Source: Deinococcales bacterium | Lineage (GTDB): Bacteria > Deinococcota > Deinococci > Deinococcales > JAAFIG01 | Reading direction: 5' to 3' | Assembly: GCA_043778225.1 (NCBI GenBank) | Contig: JAYWGM010000089.1 | Span: 1 to 64,000, forward strand | Length of the DNA: 64,000 nt | In this document: one piece after another, positions 7,488 to 16,687 of the stretch | How the letters are laid out: each line of letters opens with the position of its first letter | Position numbering within the stretch: position 1 is the stretch's first letter | Position numbers and translations under genes: made by a program | Notes under the pieces: generated by a model | Seen by the model: the letters and a program-made list of their open reading frames with translations, nothing else | Databases searched by the model: none | What the model was told of the DNA's origin: nothing

Positions 7488-9872
7488 ATGAAAATCACAG
7501 CTGCTCGAGTGCTGACGAGTCTGCTCGCACTTGGTCTGGTTGGTGTTGCTGCAACACAACTGAACAGTTTGGCGCAGGACAATCCTAAAGTTTTGCCGCG
7601 CTCAAGTAAATCTTCGACTCTGGCGATTACCACCGATGATGCAAGGGTCGTGATGGTCAATTCAGAAGATGATTCTGTGTCGGTCTTTGACATGGATACA
7701 AATCGTCGTATCACCACGCTTAAAACGGGTGATGAACCAAGCAGTGTTGTCATTTCCCCCGATGACAACACTTTTTTTGTGGCTAACCGCGCCGATGCAA
7801 CCGTGACTCGAGTCTCGGGCTTAAAAACTGGCGCGTTTGTGGTCTCTGGGACAGTCCAAGTTGGCTCTGAGCCAACCGGTTTGGCGCTTTCACCGACGGG
7901 GGCAAAATTATTTGTGGCTGAATTTGCCCAGTCTCGAGTCTCGGTTTGGGAAACCAAAACCATGACCCGAATCGGCACTTTAGCAGTCAAAAATCCGCGT
8001 GGTTTAGCAGTTTCAAACAATGGAAACTCGGACGATAGCGATGAGACCGTGGTGATTCCAGAGTTTTACGGTAAACCTGTACCTGACGGCGAAGGGACAG
8101 ACACCAGCCGATTGGGCAATGTACGACTTTTTAATGTCGGCACGCTGCGCCAAGAACTGGGTATTGGACTCGAGGCTCTGGATTCTGGTTTTGTTCCAGA
8201 CGGCACAAACAGAGGCACAGTCAAAACCAGCCCAAACCAACTTTGGGGCGCAACAATCCAAAACGGCAAAATTTTTATACCCAGCATCAGCGCTTCGCCG
8301 GCTGCCCCAGCCAGATTTAATGGCAATGTTTATCCGGTGCTATATGTGGCTGACTTGGGCAAAAAAGCCGAAGACAAAGGCATAAACGGCACAACCAATT
8401 TGGCTAAAAAAGTTGCCGACACAATTGCGGCTGGGCAACCTCGGCACTTTTTAGCCGACATCGTAGACCTTGGCTTTGTGGGCGAAAGCAACATTGGCTA
8501 TGTGCTTTCGCGGGGCGCAGATGTGGTGCAAAGAATCGTTCTCGAGCCAACCGGTATGGTCTTGGGCAGCACTTTTAACAAACAGATAGACCTTGGCAAA
8601 GTGCCACAAGGCAACAAAGCCTGCCAAACCCCAACAGGAATTGTGATTGCCCACGAAGGACCACGCGCCTATGTCAATTGCTGGGTCAGCCGTAACCTTG
8701 GGGTTGTGGATTTGTCTACCCAAAGCGTCAATGCCACCTTAGACTCGAGCAGCGCCCCGACGGGCGAAGAAGCAGCCGTCAACAAAGGGCGGCGTTTTTA
8801 CTTTACGGGGCGCGGACGTTGGAGCAAAGAATCGTGGTCAAGCTGTGGCTCGTGTCATCCAGATGGCTTATCGGATAACATCACTTGGATTTTTGGTGCT
8901 GGACCACGCCAAACCACTGCCATGGATGGCAGTTACAGCCACGGGTCTGGACCACAAAAGCAACGGGTTTTTAATTGGACTGGTATTTTTGACGAAGTTC
9001 ACGACTTTGAACGCAATACCCGCGATGTCTCGGGCGGTTTTGGAGCAGTCACGACGGGCGGCTGCGGCGACCTCAACGAAGAAACCAGAACCGAACTGGC
9101 TGGGGGTCTGGATAAACCTGTGCGCGAATCGCAGAACGGCACGGCTGGCAACTGCACCAAAGATTGGGATGAAATCGAGGCTTTTAGTAAAACTGTTCGC
9201 CCCGCCAAAGCCTTGCGTGACCTTGACCCCGAAAGTGTGGCTCGAGGGGCGCAATTGTTTGGCGCACCAACCAACCGCGTCAATGCAGGTAACTGCACGG
9301 CTTGTCATGGTGGAGCGGGTTGGACAGTCTCGAGGGTCTTTTTTGAGCCAAGCACCGCCACCAATGCTGCCCTTAATACACAAGATTTTAAGTTGCCACC
9401 AAATGTGCCATCCACTTGGAATTTTAACAGCAAGCAAATCAGCACCCAAGCACCCGTGACCGACACCACCACAGGCGCACCAGAAGCGGCGGCTGTCGCT
9501 CCAAAACAAATCACCTGTGTGCTGAGAAACATCGGTACTTTTGGGCTTCCGGGAGATATAGCCAAAACCGATGCACTCGAGAAAAAACCAGATGGTACTC
9601 GCGCCCAAGGACGAGGCGGCTTTAATGTGCCAAGTCTGTATGGCATGAGCCTAGGTGCGCCGTATTTGCACCACGGACAAGCCCAGACGCTCGAGGAATT
9701 GTTCACCGACCCACGTTGGAGTAATCACCTCAAGGCAGCCAATCCAGTCTTTTTAAGTTCGGGCAATCCGTCAAGAGACCGCACCGACTTAATCAACTTT
9801 ATTCTCTCGATAGATGCCAATACCCCCGAACAGGTTGTGCCAACTGGCTTTGACCTTTGTCCTAATAAATAG
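7488..9872 (+). CDS. Secreted YVTN/YncE beta-propeller fused to di-heme cytochrome c peroxidase/MauG-like domain
   Basis: RBS AAGGAG; signal peptide; repeated SVSVFD/VGSEP blades; CGSCH, CTACH, FNVPSL, APYLHHG. Confidence 0.85.
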   Translation: MKITAARVLTSLLALGLVGVAATQLNSLAQDNPKVLPRSSKSSTLAITTDDARVVMVNSEDDSVSVFDMDTNRRITTLKTGDEPSSVVISPDDNTFFVANRADATVTRVSGLKTGAFVVSGTVQVGSEPTGLALSPTGAKLFVAEFAQSRVSVWETKTMTRIGTLAVKNPRGLAVSNNGNSDDSDETVVIPEFYGKPVPDGEGTDTSRLGNVRLFNVGTLRQELGIGLEALDSGFVPDGTNRGTVKTSPNQLWGATIQNGKIFIPSISASPAAPARFNGNVYPVLYVADLGKKAEDKGINGTTNLAKKVADTIAAGQPRHFLADIVDLGFVGESNIGYVLSRGADVVQRIVLEPTGMVLGSTFNKQIDLGKVPQGNKACQTPTGIVIAHEGPRAYVNCWVSRNLGVVDLSTQSVNATLDSSSAPTGEEAAVNKGRRFYFTGRGRWSKESWSSCGSCHPDGLSDNITWIFGAGPRQTTAMDGSYSHGSGPQKQRVFNWTGIFDEVHDFERNTRDVSGGFGAVTTGGCGDLNEETRTELAGGLDKPVRESQNGTAGNCTKDWDEIEAFSKTVRPAKALRDLDPESVARGAQLFGAPTNRVNAGNCTACHGGAGWTVSRVFFEPSTATNAALNTQDFKLPPNVPSTWNFNSKQISTQAPVTDTTTGAPEAAAVAPKQITCVLRNIGTFGLPGDIAKTDALEKKPDGTRAQGRGGFNVPSLYGMSLGAPYLHHGQAQTLEELFTDPRWSNHLKAANPVFLSSGNPSRDRTDLINFILSIDANTPEQVVPTGFDLCPNK

Positions 9873-10008
9873 GCTCAAGGCTGGCTCGAGAAACCTTTTT
9901 TTGTCACAGTTTTGACCTAAAAATGCTCGACACAACCATCAGAACTTGTTAGACTCCACATACGCTCGTTACAATTCCACGCTCGGGCGCTTTTCCCAAG
10001 GAGGATAT

Positions 10009-11607
10009 ATGAAGAAAGTAGCAATGGCTCTGACTTTGCTTGGCACGGGGGCGTTAATCGCTGCCGTGGCACAAAGTAATAAACCGATTGTGGTCGGTTC
10101 GGGTGGTCAACCCGTTTCATTGGCATCGGGTAAAATCTCGGATGGCAATAGCATTTTTGTGCAGCAACAAATTTATGATCGTTTGCTCGACTTTAAGCCC
10201 GGTACAAGCGAAGTCATGCCAGCTTTGGCACTTTCGGCTCGTCCAAATGCCAATGCCACCAGTTGGTTATTCACCTTGCGTGGCGGCGTGCGTTTTCATG
10301 ACAACACCGTCTTTGATGCCAAAGCCGTTAAAGCCAATTTTGATTTCTGGTGGGACGACACCCGCGCTGATTTCTTCAAAAGCGGTAACAGCATTGTTCC
10401 AGACATCTTTGAGGCTTATAAAAGCGGTAAGAGCCTGATTAAGAGCGTTGAAGTGGTCAATAATTTGCAAGTGCGAATCAACATGAACTCGCCATTTGCC
10501 AACCTCGATGAGGTTTTTGCGACGGGTTACTTTGGTATTGCCAGCCCAGCCGCGATTGCTAAAGTCGGCGAAGATAAGTACGGCTCTGCCAACACCTTGG
10601 CAGTCGGCACAGGTCCGTTTGTGGTTAAAAGCTGGCAAACCGGCGACCGCATTTTGCTCGAGTCCAACAAAAGTTACTGGAAGAAAGGTTTTCCTAAAGC
10701 ACCCGGTATGATTGTGCGTTTCCTTGCCAATGCAGCCGCGCAAGTGGCTGAACTTAGGGCTGGTAACATTGACATGATTCCAACCGGCGCACTGCCTTAC
10801 GACACCTTGCCAGCGATTAAAGCCGACCCAAGTGTCCAAGCTGTTTTCCGTCCGGGCTTTAATGTCGGTTACTTGGCTTTGAATCAGGTTGCCGAATTTG
10901 GCGGCGCAAAAAACCCACTTTCAAACCAAAAAGTTCGTTTGGCAGTCGCCAGTGCGATTGATAAGAAATCCTTAGTTCAGAGTTTCTATGGTGAATACGG
11001 CGTGACCAATGCCTACTTGCCACCGCTCACGATGAACTGGAGCTACCCAAAGAACCAAAAAGATTATGTCTTTAACCCAGAAGCTGCCAAGAAACTGCTG
11101 GCAGAGGCTGGCTACCCAAATGGCTTTAGCATGGAACTCTGGTATATGCCCGTCAGCCGTCCATACTTCCCAAATGCTAAACCTTTGGCAGAAACAATGG
11201 CAAAGGACTTGGCGGCGGTTGGTATTAAAGTTGAACTCAAATCTAAGGATTGGGGCGCGTACCTAGACGATGTTGACGCAGGTAAGTACCAAGCCTATAT
11301 GCTTGGCTGGACTGGCGATTATGCTGACCCAGATAACTTCTACACCCCACTGATTGGACCTGGCACAACCAAAGAAACGGGTTACAACAATCCTAAGCTC
11401 TTCGCTTTGTTGGATGAAGCCCGTAAAGCCCCGAGCAAAGCCAGAAAAGGCGAACTCTATGGTCAAGTTGCCGAAATCCTGTTTGATGACATCGTAAAAA
11501 TGCCAATCGTTCACAGCCGCCCATTATTGGCTCGTCGAACTGTACTCGAGGGTTGGATTCCCGGACCACTGGGCAGCGAACCTTTGATTGATGTTTTTGT
11601 AAAATAA
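10009..11607 (+). CDS. dppA: Peptide ABC transporter substrate-binding protein (family 5)
   Basis: RBS GGAGG; IYDRLL, FTLRGGVRFHD, GTGPF, VSRPYFP, GWTGDYADPDNF. Confidence 0.9.
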   Translation: MKKVAMALTLLGTGALIAAVAQSNKPIVVGSGGQPVSLASGKISDGNSIFVQQQIYDRLLDFKPGTSEVMPALALSARPNANATSWLFTLRGGVRFHDNTVFDAKAVKANFDFWWDDTRADFFKSGNSIVPDIFEAYKSGKSLIKSVEVVNNLQVRINMNSPFANLDEVFATGYFGIASPAAIAKVGEDKYGSANTLAVGTGPFVVKSWQTGDRILLESNKSYWKKGFPKAPGMIVRFLANAAAQVAELRAGNIDMIPTGALPYDTLPAIKADPSVQAVFRPGFNVGYLALNQVAEFGGAKNPLSNQKVRLAVASAIDKKSLVQSFYGEYGVTNAYLPPLTMNWSYPKNQKDYVFNPEAAKKLLAEAGYPNGFSMELWYMPVSRPYFPNAKPLAETMAKDLAAVGIKVELKSKDWGAYLDDVDAGKYQAYMLGWTGDYADPDNFYTPLIGPGTTKETGYNNPKLFALLDEARKAPSKARKGELYGQVAEILFDDIVKMPIVHSRPLLARRTVLEGWIPGPLGSEPLIDVFVK

Positions 11608-11617
11608 GTCAATCTCG

Positions 11618-11655
11618 AGCGATAGGTTTTGGGGATTTCCTCAAAACCTATCGCT
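11618..11655 (+). terminator. Strong hairpin after dppA (terminator or mRNA stabiliser)
   Basis: agcgataggttttg / caaaacctatcgct 14-bp perfect stem. Confidence 0.75.
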
Positions 11656-11663
11656 TAAAGCAC

Positions 11664-12695
11664 ATGATAAAAAAGGAATTTCTTTTGACTGCCTATTTTT
11701 TTCGTCGCTTATTGGGTTTAATCCCGGTTTTATTTGGCATCAGCATTCTGGTGTTTGCTTTTGTCCGAGCCATTCCCGGCGACCCTGCTCGAGTCATGCT
11801 GGGCGAACGTGCCACCGAAGAATCGGTACGCCAAATTCGTCAGGATATGGGTTTAGACCGTCCTGTGGTGGAGCAATACTTTAAGTACATGGGTGGGATT
11901 TTTAAGGGCGACCTTGGCACGAGTATCTTTTCGCAAATTCCAGTCAGCGACGATATGAAACGCCGTTTCCCCGCCACCCTCGAACTAAGTCTGGCAGCGA
12001 TGTTCTTTGCGCTCTTGGTCGGTGTGCCACTGGGTATTCTGGCGGCAGTACGGCGCAACACCAGTGTGGATAACATCGCCATGGTCGTGGCTTTGGTCGG
12101 TGTTTCGATGCCCGTATTTTGGCTCGGGATGATCATGAAATACATTTTTTCAATTTCCACTAAAATTTTCCCGCCTTCGGCTCGGATAGACGATCTTTTG
12201 TCTTTTAGTTTTGTGCCAATCACCAATATGTACGTACTGGATGGTATTTTACGCTTTAATGGCACAGTTATCTGGGATGCGCTGCTACATTTGGTGATGC
12301 CAGCTGTGGCACTCGGTACGATTCCAATGGCGATTATTGCCCGTATGACCCGCTCGAGCATGGTCGAGGTTTTAAGCCAAGACTATGTGCGGACGGCTCG
12401 AGCCAAAGGTTTAATGCAGCAAAGCGTGATTTGGAAACACGCCCTACGAAACGCCATGCTGCCCGTGATTACGGTTGTGGGTTTAAGTTTTGGTGGACTT
12501 TTAAGTGGCGCAGTGCTGACCGAAACCATTTTTGCTTGGAGTGGTATTGGGTCTTGGATTTACGAAGGGATTTTTCAGCGCGATTATCCTGTGATTCAAA
12601 GTGGTGTGCTGCTGGTCAGCTTGGTTTTTGTGCTGGTCAATTTAATGGTGGACATGAGTTACGCTTTTTTTGACCCAAGAATTCAATACCGATAA
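11664..12695 (+). CDS. dppB: Peptide ABC transporter permease (true start may be TTG 11685)
   Basis: IPGDPA, GDLGTS, DYVRTARAKG, RDYPVIQ. Confidence 0.92.
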   Translation: MIKKEFLLTAYFFRRLLGLIPVLFGISILVFAFVRAIPGDPARVMLGERATEESVRQIRQDMGLDRPVVEQYFKYMGGIFKGDLGTSIFSQIPVSDDMKRRFPATLELSLAAMFFALLVGVPLGILAAVRRNTSVDNIAMVVALVGVSMPVFWLGMIMKYIFSISTKIFPPSARIDDLLSFSFVPITNMYVLDGILRFNGTVIWDALLHLVMPAVALGTIPMAIIARMTRSSMVEVLSQDYVRTARAKGLMQQSVIWKHALRNAMLPVITVVGLSFGGLLSGAVLTETIFAWSGIGSWIYEGIFQRDYPVIQSGVLLVSLVFVLVNLMVDMSYAFFDPRIQYR

Positions 12696-12738
12696 ACCAA
12701 ATGATTTTCAAAATTTAGGAAAAATAAATTTCAAAAAT

Positions 12739-12765
12739 CCGTAGAGGTAGGGCTTGCCTCACCCC
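12739..12765 (+). repeat. GTAG-type REP-like palindrome
   Basis: ccGTAGaggtagggc-tt-gcctcacc; related copy at 61483. Confidence 0.6.
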
Positions 12766-12781
12766 CTGTCAGGAGCTAAAA

Positions 12782-13654
12782 ATGGTTACAGCCGCAAAAA
12801 TAGAAACGCCTTTTTCGATTATTCGTCGTCGGTTTGCTAAGTCCGCTCCAGGCAGAGTCGGGCTGGTTCTGACCATTTTGTTTGTGGCTTTGGCGTTACT
12901 TGCGCCAGTTTTGCGCCCTTACGATGCCAGTATGGATGGAAACCTTGCACAAAAATTCCTGCCACCAAGTATGCAGCACCTGATGGGTACAGACGACCTC
13001 GGGCGCGATATTGCGGTGCGGGTTTGGCATGGCGCACAAATCAGTTTGCGGGTCGGTGTGATTTCTGTTTCGGTGGCTTTGATTATCGGCAGTTTTTTTG
13101 GTTTTCTGGCGGGTTTTTTTGGTGGTTGGTTCGATACCGTACTGGGCTGGATTACCGATTTAATGCTGGCATTTCCGGGTACGCTTTTAGCCATTGGGAT
13201 TGTGGCAATCAGTCCTAAACCCAGTCTCGAGACCACACTTTTAGCCATCAGCATTGTCCAGATTCCAGTTTATATTCGGCTCTCTCGTGGCAGCGTGTTG
13301 GGCTTACGCGACCTCGAGTATGTCCAAGCTGCCAATGCGCTTGGGGCAAATCGCTTGCGGGTCTTGTTCAAGCATCTTGTGCCAAATGCCTTAACGCCGC
13401 TGATTGTGCAAGCCACCTTGTCGGTTGCCACTGCCACCCTCGAGACCGCAGGACTTGGCTTTCTGGGGCTTGGGGCGCAACCGCCCACCCCAGAATGGGG
13501 AACAATGATTGCCGATGCCTTTCGTGGGGCATACTGGGATTCTGCGCCTTGGACAACGATTTTTCCGGGGCTGGCAATTCTGGTTTCGGTGCTTGGCTAT
13601 AATTTACTTGGCGACGGTTTGCGCGATGTTCTCGACCCAAGGGCAGTCAATTAA
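12782..13654 (+). CDS. dppC: Peptide ABC transporter permease
   Basis: HLMGTDDLGRD, EYVQAANALGA, FLGLGAQPPTPEWG, GDGLRDVLDP. Confidence 0.92.
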   Translation: MVTAAKIETPFSIIRRRFAKSAPGRVGLVLTILFVALALLAPVLRPYDASMDGNLAQKFLPPSMQHLMGTDDLGRDIAVRVWHGAQISLRVGVISVSVALIIGSFFGFLAGFFGGWFDTVLGWITDLMLAFPGTLLAIGIVAISPKPSLETTLLAISIVQIPVYIRLSRGSVLGLRDLEYVQAANALGANRLRVLFKHLVPNALTPLIVQATLSVATATLETAGLGFLGLGAQPPTPEWGTMIADAFRGAYWDSAPWTTIFPGLAILVSVLGYNLLGDGLRDVLDPRAVN

Positions 13655-13713
13655 GCCATTGCATCTAGGGCGTATGCCACATCTTTTTGTTCAACAATAG
13701 TGCAGAATAAGGC

Positions 13714-14325
13714 ATGAACCCTTCTGTTTCTCGAGAAAGCACCCCACGTGGGTCTGCCCCACCGCCGCTTCGTACCCCACAAACCGTGCGCTTGACGGCA
13801 ATCGTGGCGTTTGCTTTATCAGTCTTGGCTGGAATGCTGGCGGCTTACCTGATGCACCTCTTGTTCGGCAACGCTGGACGGGCTGGTTTTGAGGACATCA
13901 ACTTGGGCGGTTTGCTCGAGTTACTGGGCTTTGTGCTGGTTTTTTCCTATGCCCTGCTCTGGACTCGGCAACTGTTTTCTTTGCCGATTTCAACTTTGCT
14001 TTCGTTTGGTTTAGAAACCCCACCAGCTGCCAAGTTGTTCGCGCAAAAACTCGAGGAATTTTCGCCCAGCAACCTCGAAATGGGTCAAAGCATCGCGGTA
14101 CTGCGTGAAAATGGTGTCGCCATTGGTTTATTTGATGGTCTGCGCGACCGCAGCCTCGAGTGGGGCAGTGTGCCAAAAGCCAGTGGTGCTGTGGCTGTGA
14201 CCGAATTGCGTGGCTTACTCTCTAAGCATCCGTTTGTGATTATCGCCGACCAAGACACAGTGCATGGTGTGATTACCCAAGAGATGTTTATTCATGGCTT
14301 TTGGCGCGGTGGAATCAGCAAGTAA
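13714..14325 (+). CDS. Hypothetical membrane protein with CBS-like C-terminus
   Basis: Two hydrophobic helices; VIIADQDTVHGVITQ resembles a CBS strand. Confidence 0.6.
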   Translation: MNPSVSRESTPRGSAPPPLRTPQTVRLTAIVAFALSVLAGMLAAYLMHLLFGNAGRAGFEDINLGGLLELLGFVLVFSYALLWTRQLFSLPISTLLSFGLETPPAAKLFAQKLEEFSPSNLEMGQSIAVLRENGVAIGLFDGLRDRSLEWGSVPKASGAVAVTELRGLLSKHPFVIIADQDTVHGVITQEMFIHGFWRGGISK

Positions 14326-14326
14326 T

Positions 14327-15025
14327 TTACTTATGCACTTCAAGTTCTAATTTTGTATTACCCCGCCTTGTTTCGCCCTCAATACGCTTAAATTCGATTC
14401 TGCCCAGACCTTCGGCAGCCAAAGTATCGCCAACCCTAACGGCGGTACTCGAGGTTGCCAGACTGCCATTAACCCGAACTTTTTTACCTTCAATACCCGC
14501 TTGAAAATACGCCCTCGAGACTCCAAAACCTTTTGCCCCAACCACATCAAGCCGTAAACTCGGTACGACCACACTGCGGGTTTTACTGCCACGCTCGAGG
14601 GCTTGACCTTCGGCGGGGACAAATTTAACTTCTCGAGTTCGCCCCAATAAAACCAGCATCGTGATATTCTCGAGTAGCTTGACTCCTTTTTGGGTGGTGG
14701 CGAACATAAAACTGTTTCGGTCTTCGCGCAAATCGCCCAAAAGCTCGGGCGGCAATGCCAACGCCACCCGCAAGTCGTCGGTGTCAAAATCGGGGTCTTC
14801 GGTCTCGAGCCGCAGTACCCGCACAGGGTCGTCTACACTGGGAATATGTTCTGGGTAGAGGGTGTAAATCACACGGCTGGCATCGGGGAAACCACCGTGC
14901 GCCGCAAAGCGAATTCCATCGGCTGCCAAAGCTCGACGGTCAAGTTCTGCGCCTTCTAAAAAACCTGTGCGAATCACCCGTCCGCCCCTTGCCTGTTGCA
15001 CCAAAGCGCGGGTATCGACTGTCAT
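14327..15025 (-). CDS. YlmH/Sll1252-family S4 RNA-binding protein
   Basis: TGFL, GGFPDASR, SLRLDVV..FGVSR..GKKVRVNG. Confidence 0.85.
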   Translation of the reverse strand: MTVDTRALVQQARGGRVIRTGFLEGAELDRRALAADGIRFAAHGGFPDASRVIYTLYPEHIPSVDDPVRVLRLETEDPDFDTDDLRVALALPPELLGDLREDRNSFMFATTQKGVKLLENITMLVLLGRTREVKFVPAEGQALERGSKTRSVVVPSLRLDVVGAKGFGVSRAYFQAGIEGKKVRVNGSLATSSTAVRVGDTLAAEGLGRIEFKRIEGETRRGNTKLELEVHK

Positions 15026-15108
15026 GTGGTCAGTCTAACTTGTGTGGCGAACAATCACCAACTTTAAGCTGGGACACTTGCTGCTGTAGCGCTTGCTACA
15101 GTTATTCC

Positions 15109-16131
15109 ATGCTGAAGTTCATCTATTGGTGGTCGGCAGTCTTTTTGTTCTCGAGCCAAGCCGAGGCACACGTTAAGTGGTTTTACCAAGGGCAGCGCCC
15201 GCCATTTGATTGGGAGGCGGTTTTTTCGCCACTCAGCCTGATTTTTATAGCGGCTGTTTGCCTGACTGTGCTGGGCTTAGCTTTCTGGCAACGCGCCCGT
15301 GGTGGGCAAGGGTTTTTACCCAACCTTGAGTGGTTTGGGGCAATCCCAGAGCGGCGTATGGCGTTGTATGGTCTTGTTCCAGCTATTTTAGCAGTGCATT
15401 TTGCAGTGCCGCTTTTTGTGGCGAGTGTTCAAGGAAATTTATTTGCGCCTTCCTTAAAATTGCCCGGAGCTTGGGCGTATTTTATTGGTTTATTGCAAGC
15501 TGGCGTGGCGCTAGCGCTGTTTTATGGTGGTTTTACTCGAGCCGCCGCCGTGCTGCTGGCTTGGCTTTGGCTGATTGGGATTGCCTTTGTTGGTTTAGAA
15601 GCCAGTTTGGATAACGCCCATGTGCTTGGTTTTGCGATTTTTTTCTATTTGGCTGGGCGAGGACCGATTGCCATTGACCGCCTGATTTTGACCCGTTTTG
15701 AACCCAGCCCAGACCTAATGCGCCATGCGGTGACTGCCTTACGAATCGGGGTTGGTTTTGGTTTAATTGTGGCGGCTTTTAGCGAAAAACTTGGTAACCC
15801 AATGTTGGCGGTTTCGTTTCTCGAGCAGCAGCCCTTAAATTTTACAGCAGCGCTAGGTGTACCAATTCCTAACGAGATTTTTTTGCGTTTTGCTGGCAGT
15901 GTTGAACTTTTGGTCGGTTTGTGTTTGGTTGCCAATGTTTTTACTCGGGAAATCATTGTGATTGCGTGGATTCCGCTCAATTTGACCTTAACGATTTTTG
16001 ACTGGACTGAACTGGTCGGGCATCTGCCGATTTATGGGGCAATGGCAGTGCTTTTAATTTGGGAGAGTTCGGTGCAGAACACCGAACTCTGGTTGCGCGG
16101 GCTGCGTGAAGGACCATTACCAATAAAATAA
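15109..16131 (+). CDS. DoxX-family membrane protein
   Basis: Leaderless TACAGT-N6-ATG at 15109; AHVKWF N-terminus, EKLGNP, ELVGHLPIYG, duplicated TM architecture. Confidence 0.75.
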   Translation: MLKFIYWWSAVFLFSSQAEAHVKWFYQGQRPPFDWEAVFSPLSLIFIAAVCLTVLGLAFWQRARGGQGFLPNLEWFGAIPERRMALYGLVPAILAVHFAVPLFVASVQGNLFAPSLKLPGAWAYFIGLLQAGVALALFYGGFTRAAAVLLAWLWLIGIAFVGLEASLDNAHVLGFAIFFYLAGRGPIAIDRLILTRFEPSPDLMRHAVTALRIGVGFGLIVAAFSEKLGNPMLAVSFLEQQPLNFTAALGVPIPNEIFLRFAGSVELLVGLCLVANVFTREIIVIAWIPLNLTLTIFDWTELVGHLPIYGAMAVLLIWESSVQNTELWLRGLREGPLPIK

Positions 16132-16181
16132 GCCATTTGATTTATTTGCAAAGTGAAACTATTTTATAGTAGAATAATCGC

Positions 16182-16655
16182 GTGATTAAATCATCTTTGC
16201 TTGATGAAGACACACGAAGCAGCCATGCCGAGGCATTGCTCGAGTCGTGGTGGTCTTTTGGACAAGTCATGCGACAGCACATCATGCCTAAAGTCCTCGG
16301 GCAACTCGACCTTGAATTTAAGGATTTTTTGGCACTGGTGGCAATTGACGATGGTGCAATTTTTCCTAAACTGATTTGCAGTCGGCTTGCCACCAACCCG
16401 TCGGACATCTCGCGCATTCTCGAGAAACTCGAAGAAAAACAATTGGTCACTCGGGCGCTCGACCCCGAAGATTCACGCCGTATTCGGGTGGTTTTAACCA
16501 CCCACGGTCTTGCTACGCTCGAGCATAAGCGGCTGGCAATGGCAGAACACATCCTTAAAGCCGTAGAAAATATGCCCGCCAACGAACTCGAACGTTTTGC
16601 CAGCACCATGAAGCACCTAACCGACGGTATCAAAGCCCAATTCACAAATCCATAA
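16182..16655 (+). CDS. MarR-family transcriptional regulator
   Basis: ISRILEKLEEKQLVTR..DPEDSRR...LT..G. Confidence 0.9.
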   Translation: MIKSSLLDEDTRSSHAEALLESWWSFGQVMRQHIMPKVLGQLDLEFKDFLALVAIDDGAIFPKLICSRLATNPSDISRILEKLEEKQLVTRALDPEDSRRIRVVLTTHGLATLEHKRLAMAEHILKAVENMPANELERFASTMKHLTDGIKAQFTNP

Positions 16656-16687
16656 GTCCATTCGCTCATTTTTGTAAGGAGTCTGTT

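Noticed and set aside
14755..15108. Long N-terminal extension of the DoxX ORF
   Set aside because: Overlaps the S4-domain gene on the other strand; proper start at 15109
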